Shown here: positions 25,195-38,225 of the stretch, in pieces
Numbering within the stretch: the first letter of the stretch is position 1
Layout of the letters: every line of letters begins with the position of its first letter
Assembly: GCA_973895155.1 (NCBI GenBank)
Contig: OZ316896.1
Span: 12,380,549 to 12,444,548, forward strand
Origin: Marsupella aquatica
Lineage: Eukaryota; Plantae; Marchantiophyta
Reading direction: 5' to 3'
DNA: 64,000 nt
Position numbers and translations under genes: made by a program
The notes under the pieces: generated by a model
The model's input: the letters and a program-made list of their open reading frames with translations, nothing else
Told to the model about the DNA's origin: nothing
Database searches by the model: none

Positions 25195-28100
25195 CACAGT
25201 GTGCAAGATGGGCAGAGAATGATCTAGATATTAAGTGAAGAGTTTGCCCACGTACCTTAGTTGTCCCAACAAGCCTAGCACAATGGTGATAGTCTTTCTG
25301 GCGCCAGGTGACATTCTGCACCCAAGCTTCATATTAAGCTTTTGCACAAACCCTTATCCTTTAGGACCCCACTTTAGGATAAGGGTGACTTTGTCACAAC
25401 ACTTTCATAATCTCTTCTAACGAGGAGATTCTCAGGACATTGTAATAGACGCAATGAGATTCGAATGTTGTAGAAGTGATTGAGAATTTTACTGTACGCC
25501 CATCACTCCCACCCTTTGGGGTTGACCAGCATGGAATTTTTTGATTAATTTTAGGAAGACTTAGTAATTAAGACTCTAATAAAAATAGAAAGGGTTCAAA
25601 AAGCAGAAATGTCATGGGTCATAACATGATTGGCTTAAAACTATATTAATAAAACTTTATCAGGGTTTCAAAATATTAAAACAAACCACAAAATTTCAAG
25701 ATAGCAAGGTGCCTACATATTTTATAGCATGTCGTCAATGTTATCAATACAAACCTTTTGTCCATTTGGCTTCTTATTGGTTTATGCAGCATTGAAGTAC
25801 TCTACAAAAGCTCCTTAAAGTATTAATCTTGCAGACACTAACTAAAAAGATGGAAAAAAATTCTACGTAAATAAAGAAGTCTTCCTTGTTTCTATCATGC
25901 TATGTCCTAATATTACTCAATCTAATCAACCCACTCAAAATCGTCATGCCTGAACCCACTTAAACGCAAAGGTGTTTGCATAGAAAACATTTGATCAGGC
26001 CGGCTTTTCAGTGGCTTTGCTGGGACTGACATCAGTATTCAAAGTAGAAAATTGCATTGCACTACAATTTATTACAACATTCGAGTCAATTTATTACAAC
26101 ATTCGAGTTCAAACTTGCAGATGAGAGTTTGGGACGCCATGCATGTTGCTGCAGATTGAACGAAACCCCCACCTTGCCTGCAGACAATGTTTGGCTCGAT
26201 AATAACAGTGGATTTCTCTTATATAAATTCAAAGCATTCGGTTTGAAAAGAGGGGAGAGAGTAAGACTCTAAAGTCAAATCTGACCTGTCATGCCTCTGG
26301 TTTCCTTCCTAGATTCCCTTCCAGTTCAATTGGAATACATTCAGTCCAGTTCAATCGTCCAATTCTATTCTATTAATTTTTTTTACGCTTTTTACGGTGT
26401 AAACATCTCCCAGAATGCACAAACATTGATTCAACTAATAATTTGATATAGTGTTTCAATTGTTTCTGAATATCTCTGTCATACAGTATCATATCATTGG
26501 TAAACGTGAGCTCATCACCAGTATTAAAAATGAATGTGGATAGCTCTGCGTCAGCTTAATCATTTTTTGCCAGAAGATACCACTGTTGCAACGATTGCAG
26601 GACAACGTCTACTGTAGCTTGATGTGGTGGGAAGCACCCATTGCCACTAGCATCAGCCTATCATAGTTGTACTGGAAATTGCTGTCTTTGAAACATTCAA
26701 AAAGGTCTAACTTCTTAATGTCACTGCCTTGCATAGGCATGAGAAAGTAAAAAAATATTGGTTTGCCCCAGCTTGGCCGCAATTGAGTCATTGGTGGTGT
26801 AGTCACGTAAATAGAGAATGCAGAAATTGGGGTCGATCTTTAGCAATGCAGTTGTGTTGACCATCCTATCATACATAGGTATCACGTTGCCAAAGAACAA
26901 AAAGAGTCTTGTCTGAAGACAGGATACCCTGCTGACCCAATACAAAGCATATGTGACAAGGCATAATACTTGGATGCGGGGTTACTATACATCACAGTGT
27001 AGGAAAACAAAAATGCCAAACCTGAATACATAATCCCAAAGACAAAGCAACCCAATAAAGGGGTTTCTGCACAGAACATGTGGTAAAACAAATTATTTAA
27101 ATTAGAAAATGAAAGGTTCCACGGGCTTTGAACAGTTTGATATATTTTCTGTTTTTTAATATAGTTTACATTACCCAGCCTCTTAGTTTTGTCTCTTCTC
27201 CAACATGAATCATGTAGCGTTGTTCACATTGTATGCCTAGGATCTATTCACGAATGTTCTGCATGAAACTTCCGAAACAAACAACCAGAATTTACCCCAC
27301 GTGAAAAAGTACCACTCTACCAAAACAGGACGGCAAACTACAAAGGAATAAAAAGCAAAAGATATCCAGACTGATCTAAACATTTGACAAAATGTGTGGA
27401 TGGATGTCAGAAAAATATTTTTGCTCCTGGGGTACAGCTTTTCTTATGTAAAAAAATGCCTCCATCTGAGAATTGTTTGGGTCCAGATAGGACAAACACC
27501 AAACCCAAATGAGTTCAAACGCAAACCCCAGAACCTAAAGAGGAATGAAAAACAAGTGGGGGAAACATTGTCGGCGTAGAATGTTCTGCCTGAGATGTCG
27601 AAACAAACAACCTAATATTCCCTAAGTGACGGGCTGACGGAGATAGAGAAGCTGAAGAATTATTCCTGCACTTCCTTTTGGCAGTGACGCAGAAAGGCAT
27701 AGGAATAATTCCTGATTATTCTGGTACCAAACGGTATGGAGCATGCATAATTATACGATTTCTCTTACTCGATGTAGTAGAATTACGTCGAGCAGCGAGA
27801 TCATCAGCTTCTCGTCTGTGATCTGAAGCATCTCTGAGGGGCAGCCGGGTCAGCCATGTACCCCCTTTCCCACCTCTGGGAGTGGGAGTATCAATGCCAC
27901 TTTGTACTCCATGAAACCTGCATTTTTCGAGGGGAACATGCGGCGAGGCAGCGCAAGGCAAGATGATATTGGCGGGGGAGACAAAGGGATTATCCTCTGC
28001 GATCTGAAGCACCTTAACAGTCTACCATGGAACCATTACCACCACTGGGAGAAGAACATGGCCCCCCCCACTGCCAGTTTGTATTCCATGAAATCTGTAT

Positions 28101-29313
28101 TTTTGGATGGGAAATGGGTGCCCTGGAAAGACACTAGGGGAAAAGAAAGGGAAGCCTGGGGTTGACCGTTTAATTTGAGACTAAGTGAGATTGTGTTCCA
28201 CTAAACCCATATTCTCACCTAGCCCACCTCACCTAGTCTCAAGGGTTACACGTGCTAGTCATGGCCTGTCATGACCTGTTTGGGGACCATAGTGGTAAAT
28301 CCCTAGGGAATTGCCGCCCATAACCCTCTCTAGGCCATGGGCTCCCAACAACAGATTTATTGGATGAACCCTCAAAATGAAAAGTGCTAGTTGATGGACC
28401 CCATGAGTGATCTAGACCATTTAGGGTACTCAAAACCTCGTGTTGGGTTGGTTGGGGAGTAAACTTTGTTTGGAGTCCATCAAGCAAATCTCTCTTACCC
28501 AACACCTCTCCCTCACTTATTACACATACAAATTAAGAGTCACAAGCAGTGTTTTTTTAGTGGCAAACATTGGCTAGATTCAACCTCTTTAAAATGTTTT
28601 TGCCACTTTTGGCAAATATTGCCAGGTTCTTTGTGTCCTAGTAGCCAGTTTAACACCTAGTCACAGGCCCCATTAGCCAGAATCTCACGGTCATCCTTAA
28701 ATTTACTGGTCAGGAATAATTCTGGAAAGTCATATAAAGAATCTTCCCAGCATCTTTTCCTTCACACATCATTGGCCACACTTGGGAATTTGGAGAAACC
28801 CTTAAAGATTACACTTTAAAGATTACACTGCTCAAAAGGAAGATACACTGGCGAAACTGGAAAAGCCTCAAAGATTACACTGGTCAGGAGGGAGGTACAG
28901 GGACCAAACCAGGAACATGGGGTTCACAAGCTTCTAGGGTTTTTCTGACCCCTAAATCTGGCTAGTACCCTGCTTCTCTCGCCAAGCTTTCTTCTCTCGC
29001 CAAGCTTTCTCAACTTTACTGGGATCGGGCGTGATTTCCGAGTAACGAAACCTGAGGAGAACGTTGATGTGAGCAAGGCGTTTGGAATGACGTCGCAAGT
29101 ACGTTGCTCGCTGGGGAGAGTCGAAGGAGGAGGTGACACAAATCTGATCAGGTCGGAGTTCCCCAATTCAATCACGTTGGGCAGCATCATTGCAACCCCT
29201 AGGAATAGTCGGCCAGACGGGGAACGACGAAGGGGTTCGCTTCTGTCAGTGAGCACCGAGCAACTTTACTGGTTCGTTGGGTTGTGAACAAGTTTTTCGA
29301 AATTGTTGCAATC

Positions 29314-32300
29314 ATGGCAACTGCAGGTAGTGTGGCGGCAATTCGACCTGCGACGTTCCAAGGCCTCCGAGCTCTGGAGAAGTCAGGCGTTACAGATGGC
29401 TCGCAAGTGTTTGGGCTGATGCCATGCAAGGCTTCTTCGTCTAAGGGCCGACTGCTTCACAGACGAGAAAGCAGTGGATATGGTGCGCATACAGGTAATC
29501 ATTCAATTTTGATCATAACTGAGCGTAATCGCGTGCAGATTCTTCCACTTGGATTGATGTTTCGGTGATATATAGGAGGTCTTGTCCGGGCAGGTGAGAT
29601 CCTTTTCTTAGGTCCACTACTGGTACTCTTCCAATCAATGAATTTACAGCATTGCCTGATCGATGAAAACTTTAAGTCGTAATGAAGTTCTCCACTCCTC
29701 AAGATGCTGCCAAGAACATCAATTTCGCTACAGCAGCGTATGCTTTGATGCGTCTTAACCTTTCGTTCTTGTATTACTGTGTTTCGATTTAATCTGCAAG
29801 AATATCTGTTCCCAATGCACACCCAGCTTTGTTAGGTGTGGTGCACGGAGAAGACAGTGTAGTCCAATGTGACTTTTCAATTTTCGTACTTCTGCGAGGG
29901 ATACATCATTCGGTAGCTAGCATGGAAGAGTCATGGACGCTTTAGGTATGCAGTGTAATTATGTGTGTGTGTGTGTGTGAGAGAGTTAGCGACAGTGGGG
30001 GAGTACCTTGACCTGCCCCTAATATGTAGGCTTTCAGCACGTACACGTACGTTGCATTCGATAGTTTGTTACAACCTATGACATCAAGAAAAATTTACCG
30101 TGATTTAAAAATATGGCACGTGCCGATCCATGGATGGGAATCAGATTTTGAAGATACGGACTTCATACTAATGGACTTCATACTAATTATGCTGATTCAT
30201 GCTGTTTACGTTTCTCAGGCTCTTCCGTGTCCGTAAGGAGCGCAGCAGCAGTATCAGCCCCCAAAAGAGAGAAGGATCCCAAGAAGAGGGTGGTGATCAC
30301 TGGCATGGGCGTCGTTTCTGTGTATGGAAACAGTGTGGACGTTTTCTACGATAAGCTCTTGGACGGGGTGAGCGGTATCTCTGTGATAGACCGGTTTGAT
30401 CCATCGGAATTCCCGACCACAATTGCCGGCCAGATTCGCGGATTTCAAACGGAAGGATACCTCACTGAGAAGCAAGAAAAAAACTACGAAGCTTGCCTCC
30501 AATATGGCATTGTCAGCGGCAGGAAAGCAATGGAGAACGCTGGGTTTGGGAAAGAGGAACTTGAAAAGCTTGACAAATTGCGCATTGGAGCTCTCGTGGG
30601 TTCAGGTAAGACTTTCTACCCCATCAACTCTCCAAGATTACGTTGATCTCCTAAAACTGTCACTATATTGAAGCCCCTCGAGCGATCCCATGATCCCTTC
30701 ATGAAGTCTACAATTCATGAAGCGTACATACAGGAGTTCTCGAGTGTTACACTGAACTTCCAAAGCGGAAGAAACGCTAGGATTCGGAGTGACATCATGC
30801 ATGATAATCAGCTTCCAAGGACCGAGGTAAACTGATTCAAGTGGTTGTTGATGTGGTGCCTGGGGACGTTGACTGTCTTTGTCACAGGAATCGGCGCACA
30901 GGAGACATTCACCAGTGGAGTGGTTTCGTTACTGAAACACGAAAAGATGTCACCGTATTTCATCCCACACACCAATGTGTCCGCGGCTTCCGCTTTGTTG
31001 GCCATCGAACTGGGACTGATGGGCCCTAACTACTCCATCTCCACAGCCTGTGCCACCTCAAACTACTGCATCTACGCTGCTGCTAATCATATCCGAGAAG
31101 GCGATGCCGATGTGATGATCGCCGGTGGCACGGAGGCCCCGATCACTCCAACAAGCCTGGGTGGCTTCACGGCCTGCAGGTTGTCGATCATTTCTTCGCT
31201 CGCCTTCACTTCCTTTCTCTTCGTTCCCTTTTTTCTTTCCCTTCAAAACCAAAGCTCCCATAGATAGTAAGATCACAACTTTTTGACAATATGCTCCTTG
31301 TCGATTCTTTTCTTGCCCTTGCCCTTTTGCTTTTCTTTCTGTCAAAACCAAAGCTTAGGCGGTCAACTTCACTTCTACAGTCCGAACGTCAGCCTTTCTT
31401 TGTTTACAAGGAGTTTTATTCCAACATCAACCTCTTTTCCTGTTTTGGAAAGATGGCAACAACTTCATTCTTCTCACTTTTCTGTCTACTTTTTTCTTTT
31501 CTTTTTTCTTTTTCTTCTTTTTTCTACTTCTTGTGTCGTGTGTTCTCCTCTTTCTCTTTCATTGTCGCGTGTCCTCTCCTCTCCTCTCCTCTCTGAGTCG
31601 TTTTGACTGATTCGCTTCTGTGAGGAGTGAACCAAGATTAGGAGAACATGCTCTCTAGTTTGAAGGAGAGTTCGATATCAGAATTTAGACATTCACTTTT
31701 GATTCCACACGAGACTGGATCAATCTATGTAAGTCTTCAATTCTCAATGATCCTTCATCACATGCCACTTAAATTGTGCTGGGAGTAAATTTGCAGGGCC
31801 CTGTCGCAGAGCAATGCGGACCCGGCGGCAGCCTCCAGGCCATGGGACAAGAGTCGAAATGGATTTGTCATGGGCGAGGGTGCTGGTAAGGAATTCGGTT
31901 CCAGAACCCCTTTCTCCACCTGCAGGATGCTATATGATCTAAGCATCCACCATCATGAAAACTGAGTGCTTAAGGAAATAATCTTTGCACCTATCGACAA
32001 CCTTGCCAAACCTTGCAGGAATGACCCCTCCTATGTGCCAAATCGAGATGTACTCATTTTGGAAAATGTTTCTTAAAATGCTCCAACATTAAAAGATTCA
32101 CTAAAGCTTCAGTTAGGCGCTGCTTTCTTTAGCACAAACTCACGAGGGTTAGGAATTTTGAAACCAAAGTTCACTAAACCACCGTGGCTAAAGTGATTAT
32201 TAATTTCACCCCTTAAAGTTAACCCCGGTTGACAAAAATATGGTTGAAATAGAGGCATTGTAATAAGTGTTTTTTTTAGATTCGTATATTTTATTCATTT

Positions 32301-33783
32301 GGCACTTCCCAGTAACCAAATACAAGAGTTTGCAGAACGATACAATAATTATACCAGTCCCCCCAAAAAAAAATTTAAAAAAATGTAAACCCAATTCAAT
32401 TGTCAAGGAACGTATTTGGGACATAGCATCACAGTCTGCCTATTGGCCAGGCTTGAGTTATAGTATAGACTTCACTTGAATTACGTCGTTTAACTTGTTT
32501 GGATGCTAGCCAGGCTCCACGAGGTTTCCTTTGCAAAGGTTCCCACTCATCGAACTTAATGTGGGTCACTGCCTCACAGAATACTTCATTACCATTGAAG
32601 ATTGATGAGGTCTACAAGTCATCAACATAAACGTATCCCAGGGGTCCTACTTGGAGGGCCTAACATGATAAATAAATTTCTAGGAATAATCAGTACATAT
32701 GCACTATTCATGTTGTGCATTACTCTTCTTCTGAAAATTTGCCTCAGTCATTTCCCTGCTCTTGTGAATCGTGACACCTGAGACCCAGGAAGTTTAAACC
32801 CTGGCCAAAAAATGATTTTTAAGGGTTTCTAGTTGCTATGCAATCCTCCTTTCCTGTATATACGCTTGCCTTTTAAGGTCCTTTCACTCTCCCCTGAACG
32901 TTTTTAATTTGGAACTGTTTTGCAGGAGTGCTTGTCATGGAGAGTTTGGAGCATGCCCTGAAGCGAGGAGCAACCATTCTTGCTGAGTATTTGGGTGGTG
33001 GAGTGAGTTGTGATGCATACAACATGACTGACCCTCATGCTGATGGACGAGGAGTGGCATTTTGCATCGAGAGGAGCCTTGAAGATTCAGGAGTGTCTCG
33101 TGAAGAGGTCTGCTGAAGAGAACTTTGATGTCCACTGTTTGGCTAAATTACATCATATTAAAACTCCTGGCTGCTTGCTAAACATCAACCCTTCCAATCA
33201 AATCCCTTCTAACCCTTTTTGGACTATTTGTGTAACAAAGTAAAATACTTGAATGGACCCCATTGACGAATATATTCCATGAATGAAGGCAGTTTCCACA
33301 AAATTTGTTTATAAAATCAACTTTGCACTTCAATCTGCATGTGAATATCGTTTATTGAATACATATTTGTTCCCCCAACCCCATTAATTTGTTGGATATT
33401 TGTAATGGATGCACACCTTGCAGGTAAATTATGTCAACTGTCATGCAACATCGACTTTACTGGGTGATGTAGCAGAAATCAATGCACTAAAGAAGGTATG
33501 GACCACCAATGAGATGAGGGATGAGATGAAGATCAACAGCACAAAGAGCATGATAGGGCACTCCCTCGGAGGTGCGGGAGGCTTGGAGGCCATTGTGACT
33601 GTCAAAGCCATCACCACTGGCTGGCTGCACCCAACCCTCAACCAGCAAGACCTTGACCCTGCTGTTGTATTTGACACTGTCCCAAACATCAAGAAACAGC
33701 ATGCTGTCAACCTTGGCCTCTCCAACTCCTTTGGGTTTGGTGGCCACAACTCCTCCATTATCTTTGCCCCATACCTACCTTGA
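29314..33783 (+). CDS. Plastid 3-oxoacyl-[ACP] synthase, KAS I-like but divergent, 6 exons
   Basis: Exons 29314-29494, 30219-30605, 30888-31179, 31797-31885, 32926-33107, 33424-33783. Transit-peptide-like N-terminus, [19 protein letters not shown], catalytic Cys in [12 protein letters not shown], His in NCHATST and MIGHSLG, and NSFGFGGHN. Confidence 0.93.
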
Positions 33784-36108
33784 TGGATGACAATGGTGGT
33801 TTTAACCAACGAACCCTCATCTGGCCCGATCATCTGGTCTAGGCCTGGGTCTAGTCTGATCCCAGTCTGGTCAGATTGGCTGCCCACCAGTGAGTCTCTA
33901 GGTTTATGATGCAACCCTCTCTGTGTGGAACAATACTAGGTCACCCAATTTAATCACGTTTACACTCCCACACCCTCAGTGATTCTTGAGGGCAGGCTAG
34001 GTGGACCATTTATATTGTACTATTGGTAACTGGAGATCCCCTTTAGAGGGATTCCCATAAACTCTGGTCTTTTGAAAATTCAAAAACTTAGACTGGTCTA
34101 CTTATTGTCATCACCCAAAGAAGACTCTGACTTGTGGTTTCCATTGCGCATAAGCAAATTGTCACATACATGTGGAGATACATGTTACTTTGGATTCAGA
34201 ATGTTGTCTTTAGTGCCATTAATGATTTTAGTCCTCAAATATAAGATAGTGGTGGGTATAGTAGAGAGCATGGCTTCAGTGGGCAGAAGGACAACGTGAG
34301 GGATCCAAAACTAAACAAGGAACAACACCCAGAGCAAGGGCAAGGGAGGAATGTAATCTTGAGGGGAAAAATAGGGAAGAATATGTTCAATTCCTTTTCA
34401 TAGGAAAAAATCAATGAGGAATGTAATCTTAATGGAAAAATAAGGAAGAATATCAACACCCTTTCATAGGAAGAAAGCATTGAGGCGTAGAGTAGTGAAA
34501 GTCAAGAGTGCAACTGAAGAATTGGGCTTGTAACAGCAGCATTTAGCATCATACGAGACTGATTGAGCATTCCAATACCAAGGATAAACACTGCAAAGAT
34601 GGAGAAAACCTGATGAGGTGGTGCACATGACAAAGAAACAGCTTTTGCTGAACAAGAAGGAAAGGGGAACAGATTTCCTGTCAAACAGAAGGTAACCGAT
34701 GAAAGAGATCATGAAATACCTTTGGATAATAATATAATGGTGATGGAAGGAGGTATCTGATCAAGTGCAAATCATAGGAATGCCATTCCAGGGGGGGCTC
34801 AGGCAGCGCAAAAATGTGACCTGGCTTCCAAAAATGGTGGGCTGCAAAAATCTGTGGGCCATTTGGGGAAATGGGGAGAAAATCAAATTCCCAACACCAC
34901 AGTCTGAAAAACTTTGTCTTGGGCAAAATGTGCCAGAAATCTGTTTTCTTTTGAAATAGGGATACCAATGATCCTCCAATGACACAGAAGCAAGGAAGAC
35001 ATCATCTGGTTTTTCCACCATTAGGCCATGCATGGGTTGATAATAGGCTCTGCCTTGGATATCTTTGCATATGACCCACATTGAAGGCAGCCTCCTAATG
35101 TTGTTTGAAAAGTAGACTACCAGAGTGCCATCCTAGTGTAAACAAAAAATTTAAAATTTAAATTTTGGACCTGGCTGACAAAACTGTTCTAGAGTTTTAT
35201 TGCAAATTTGCTGGTCATAAGGCAAATGACCATTGCAACCCTTGCAGTAATTTTGGAATGCAATTTTTAATAATATTCTAAGGATTTTGATGTAAACACT
35301 GACTTTTCAGTGTTTTCAATGTTTTAAAACTGAAAAACAAAAACCACAGAATGATATTTTTGGGGTTGTGTATTTCTGGAATAAAGTTAATATGTGGTGC
35401 ACATCCTGCTCAAACCAGGATGGCACTAAGTCCCCATAATTTCAGGTATTGACCAGTCACGTGGTCTCCCCATGCATGCGTTTGGAAAGTAGACTAATCC
35501 CAAAGTATCGAGGACTCTCATGTTCTCCCATTGCATTTGGCAATCTTTTTATATGGCTGTGAAAGCAAACTCAACCGTAGTAGGTGAGTTATGTGGCAAA
35601 AAACAGGATGTTGGGCCGGTCGAGCAATTTAGGGGCATTGGTACAGTTCTTCATACCTTGCTGAATGTGGAGGATTGCCAAAGGACTGCACCAAAGATTG
35701 GAGTTCAAGAAACCTTAAAAGACTCCTTACTAGTTCGACAAAACAGACAATACAAATCTTAATTTATTTGGCCTATGATCTTTATTCAACATAAGTGAGG
35801 AAGCAGTATTTTCCCTACCTATCTATTAACTTGGGGAGCTTGGGGGCCTAATTAGCAAACACATATGCATGGGAATGGGGACTATTAGGGCCAAGATCAA
35901 AGGATGGATAAGAGAAATACAGGACAAAGGTGTGAGGGGAGCAGACATGGTGGGGAGTGACAAGCATGGGAGGAGGGCAGCATGAAAAAGAGAGGGATCC
36001 CTTCCCCAAAGTTACCCCATAGGATGAAGAAACAGAAAAGCTTAACATTATATAAAAAGGTGAGATTCCCCACATTTTTGTTTACCAAAAGAAGTCTTCT
36101 TTCAAATT

Positions 36109-36370
36109 GAGGTATTCTATGTTGCGAGCAAACAGGAGATTTTGATAGCGAGACAATAATGGTTTCAAATTTCAGTTGCTTTTTGGTGCCTTTTACATTT
36201 TTGGTGTTTTTTTAATGACTCCAGATTGCTAGGGAGCTCGCTAGAAAAAAGGGAGTCCCCAAAAGGGATGTTACCAACCAGGTAGTTGATAGCGAATAGG
36301 GGTCATGCAGGAATTTTTTTTGCTCGTGCGAGGAAATTTTTTACTGTTTGCTTGCACGTTACAATTACCC
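36109..36370. mobile_element. Mutator-type MITE, copy 2
   Basis: Same TIRs and body as 24897-25194 with small deletions. Perfect 9-bp TSD tttcaaatt at 36100-36108 and 36371-36379. Confidence 0.92.
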
Positions 36371-37186
36371 TTTCAAATTGGGAGCTGCAAAACATGGGTA
36401 TGAGGGAGTTGAAAAACATGGGGGTGAGGCCATCCAAAAAAGAACAGAATCCTTTGCACAGAACGCATCTTCACAGTCATGAGATACTGGAACATTGTTT
36501 TCCATTCTCATAAGGACTTGCCACCCATATGGGCCACCACTCAGTTAGAGCATCCCGATCCATCACAGGGAATGCTTCCCTTGAGGGCAACTCTAGTGTT
36601 CAGCCCTAGCTCCTTTGTTGTTTAAACCACACCTGCCACTATAAAAGCCTCATTCCATGGCTCACTACTCACCATAAAAGGTGGAACACTAGCACCTTTT
36701 GTGGAGTACTTGCCAAAAAAAACTTTTGCAATCAGCACCTTTTGTGGAGCTCAAAGCCCATTGCTGAATTTGTACTCTTGAGAATGAGAGCTACGGGTTA
36801 CCCGTAGCCCTTTATAGGGGCAGGTGTGGTTTAATCGCCATTGGCCTCACCAAATGTAAACCCCCGTAAAACCTGGCGCTCCCGGGTTGTCAGAAGTTGT
36901 TGCCACACACCAGAAGTGGCTTGTTCGGGCGTGCAGTAGCCTTGCCCACCCACTCTTGCCAAACGCTGTGAATGGTAGAGATAGTCCAACCTTGAGACAC
37001 CCATGGCAACAAAGCAATTGGCGGAATGTACCAGCAGCAAGGAGTACCAATTTAGGTGGGGCTGTAGAGGGGGCTCTGTACGTGCCGCTCTCTGCCAAAG
37101 ACGAGTTGGGACACCACTTGCCTTGAGGGGATCCTCTTAGTTGGGCCCATGGTACAAAAAAAACACTTGAGGCAAGGCCATCTCCC

Positions 37187-37544
37187 CCCGGTTTGACCTT
37201 GCCCGTCAAACTGGGTGAAAATGGCCGGCAAATCGGCAACCTGGCACCCGGGCTCGGGAGTAGTCCGGGGGGGGTGGGTTCGGGTTCGGGGGGGTTCGGG
37301 TTCAGGGGCGGTTCGGGGGGGCTGTCCGGGTTCGGGTTTGGGTTCGGGGGCGGTCCGGGGGGGAAGTTCGGGTTCGGGGTCTGGCCGGGGAGAGGCGGTC
37401 CGGGGGGGTTCGGGTTCGGGTTCGGGTTCGGGTGAGTTCGGGAGAATCTTATCGAATATCCGTCAAATTGATCGTTTTCGGGCCGTCATTTGACAATTTG
37501 ACGTGCCCGGCAAGACGTCAAGGTGCCCGTCAGGTTAAACCAGG
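37187..37544. mobile_element. Non-autonomous TIR element with 8-bp TSD (hAT-like) and a (GGGTTC)n G-rich core
   Basis: TIRs CCCGGTTTGACCT / AGGTTAAACCAGG. TSD catctccc at 37179-37186 and 37545-37552. GGGTTC/GGGGGGTTC array at ~37260-37441. Confidence 0.85.
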
Positions 37545-38090
37545 CATCTCCCTTTGTCTCGCTCCATGAGAGCAACCATGCATAGGGCATCTCAAAGCTT
37601 CATAGTTATGGATGGTGACTTTTGGCCATACTTTTTTCATAGGTTAAGTGGAAGTTTTTTTTCATTAGCATCTGTAGTCATTTACATGAGTGATTTATGG
37701 TCATAGCATACTACCAATCTTCATGGAAAAAAGTTAGGGATCATTGACATTACTTTGTACTTTTAGACAATACTTTACTTGTACTTGTATTTTTTATAGT
37801 ACTATCTGACAGTACTTTGTACTTTTTGACAGTACTTTGTAGTTAAGGTCCATATATCAAATTTTGAACCTTAGAGCATGTCCAAGCTCTACCATAAACA
37901 AGGTCTTTGCAATTTTATGCTGTGACTGTTTTTTGGTCTACCTTTGATCCTTATGGGGCACGTAAATAGGTAGCCTATAAGATATCCCAATCATATAACC
38001 ATTTATGTCCTCAACCATATTTCAACATGCCCTATTAGGGTGTCTCAAAATATGCTCATTTTTTGCTTTGACTCCATCCAGGACAGTTAT

Positions 38091-38225
38091 GATTCAAGCC
38101 AACGGTCATGACTGGTCAGGTGCCAATTGTGAGGCCTCACCCAATCACTGATTCAAGACAGCGGTCATGACTGGTCAGGCACCAATTGTGAGGCCCCACC
38201 TAGTCCCGACCAGAATTGTAAGAGG
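38091..38225. repeat. ~59-bp degenerate tandem duplication
   Basis: gattcaag.ca.cggtcatgactggtcagg..ccaattgtgaggcc.cacc occurs twice, followed by a partial third copy. Confidence 0.8.

Noticed and set aside
35124-35427. Short inverted ends agtgccatcc/ggatggcact around an AT-rich core
   Set aside because: Possibly a MITE, but no TSD or second copy was seen, so support is insufficient.
36789-36810. Palindrome gctacgggttacccgtagc and nearby ORFs 36831-37239
   Set aside because: No recognisable domain or element boundary, so it could not be assigned.
37260-37441. Interstitial telomere
   Set aside because: The repeat is GGGTTC rather than TTTAGGG and is bounded by TIRs and a TSD.
37193-37493. 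Gly-rich ORFs (GFGFG/GSGSG)
   Set aside because: They are translations of the GGGTTC array inside a TIR element, with no gene structure.
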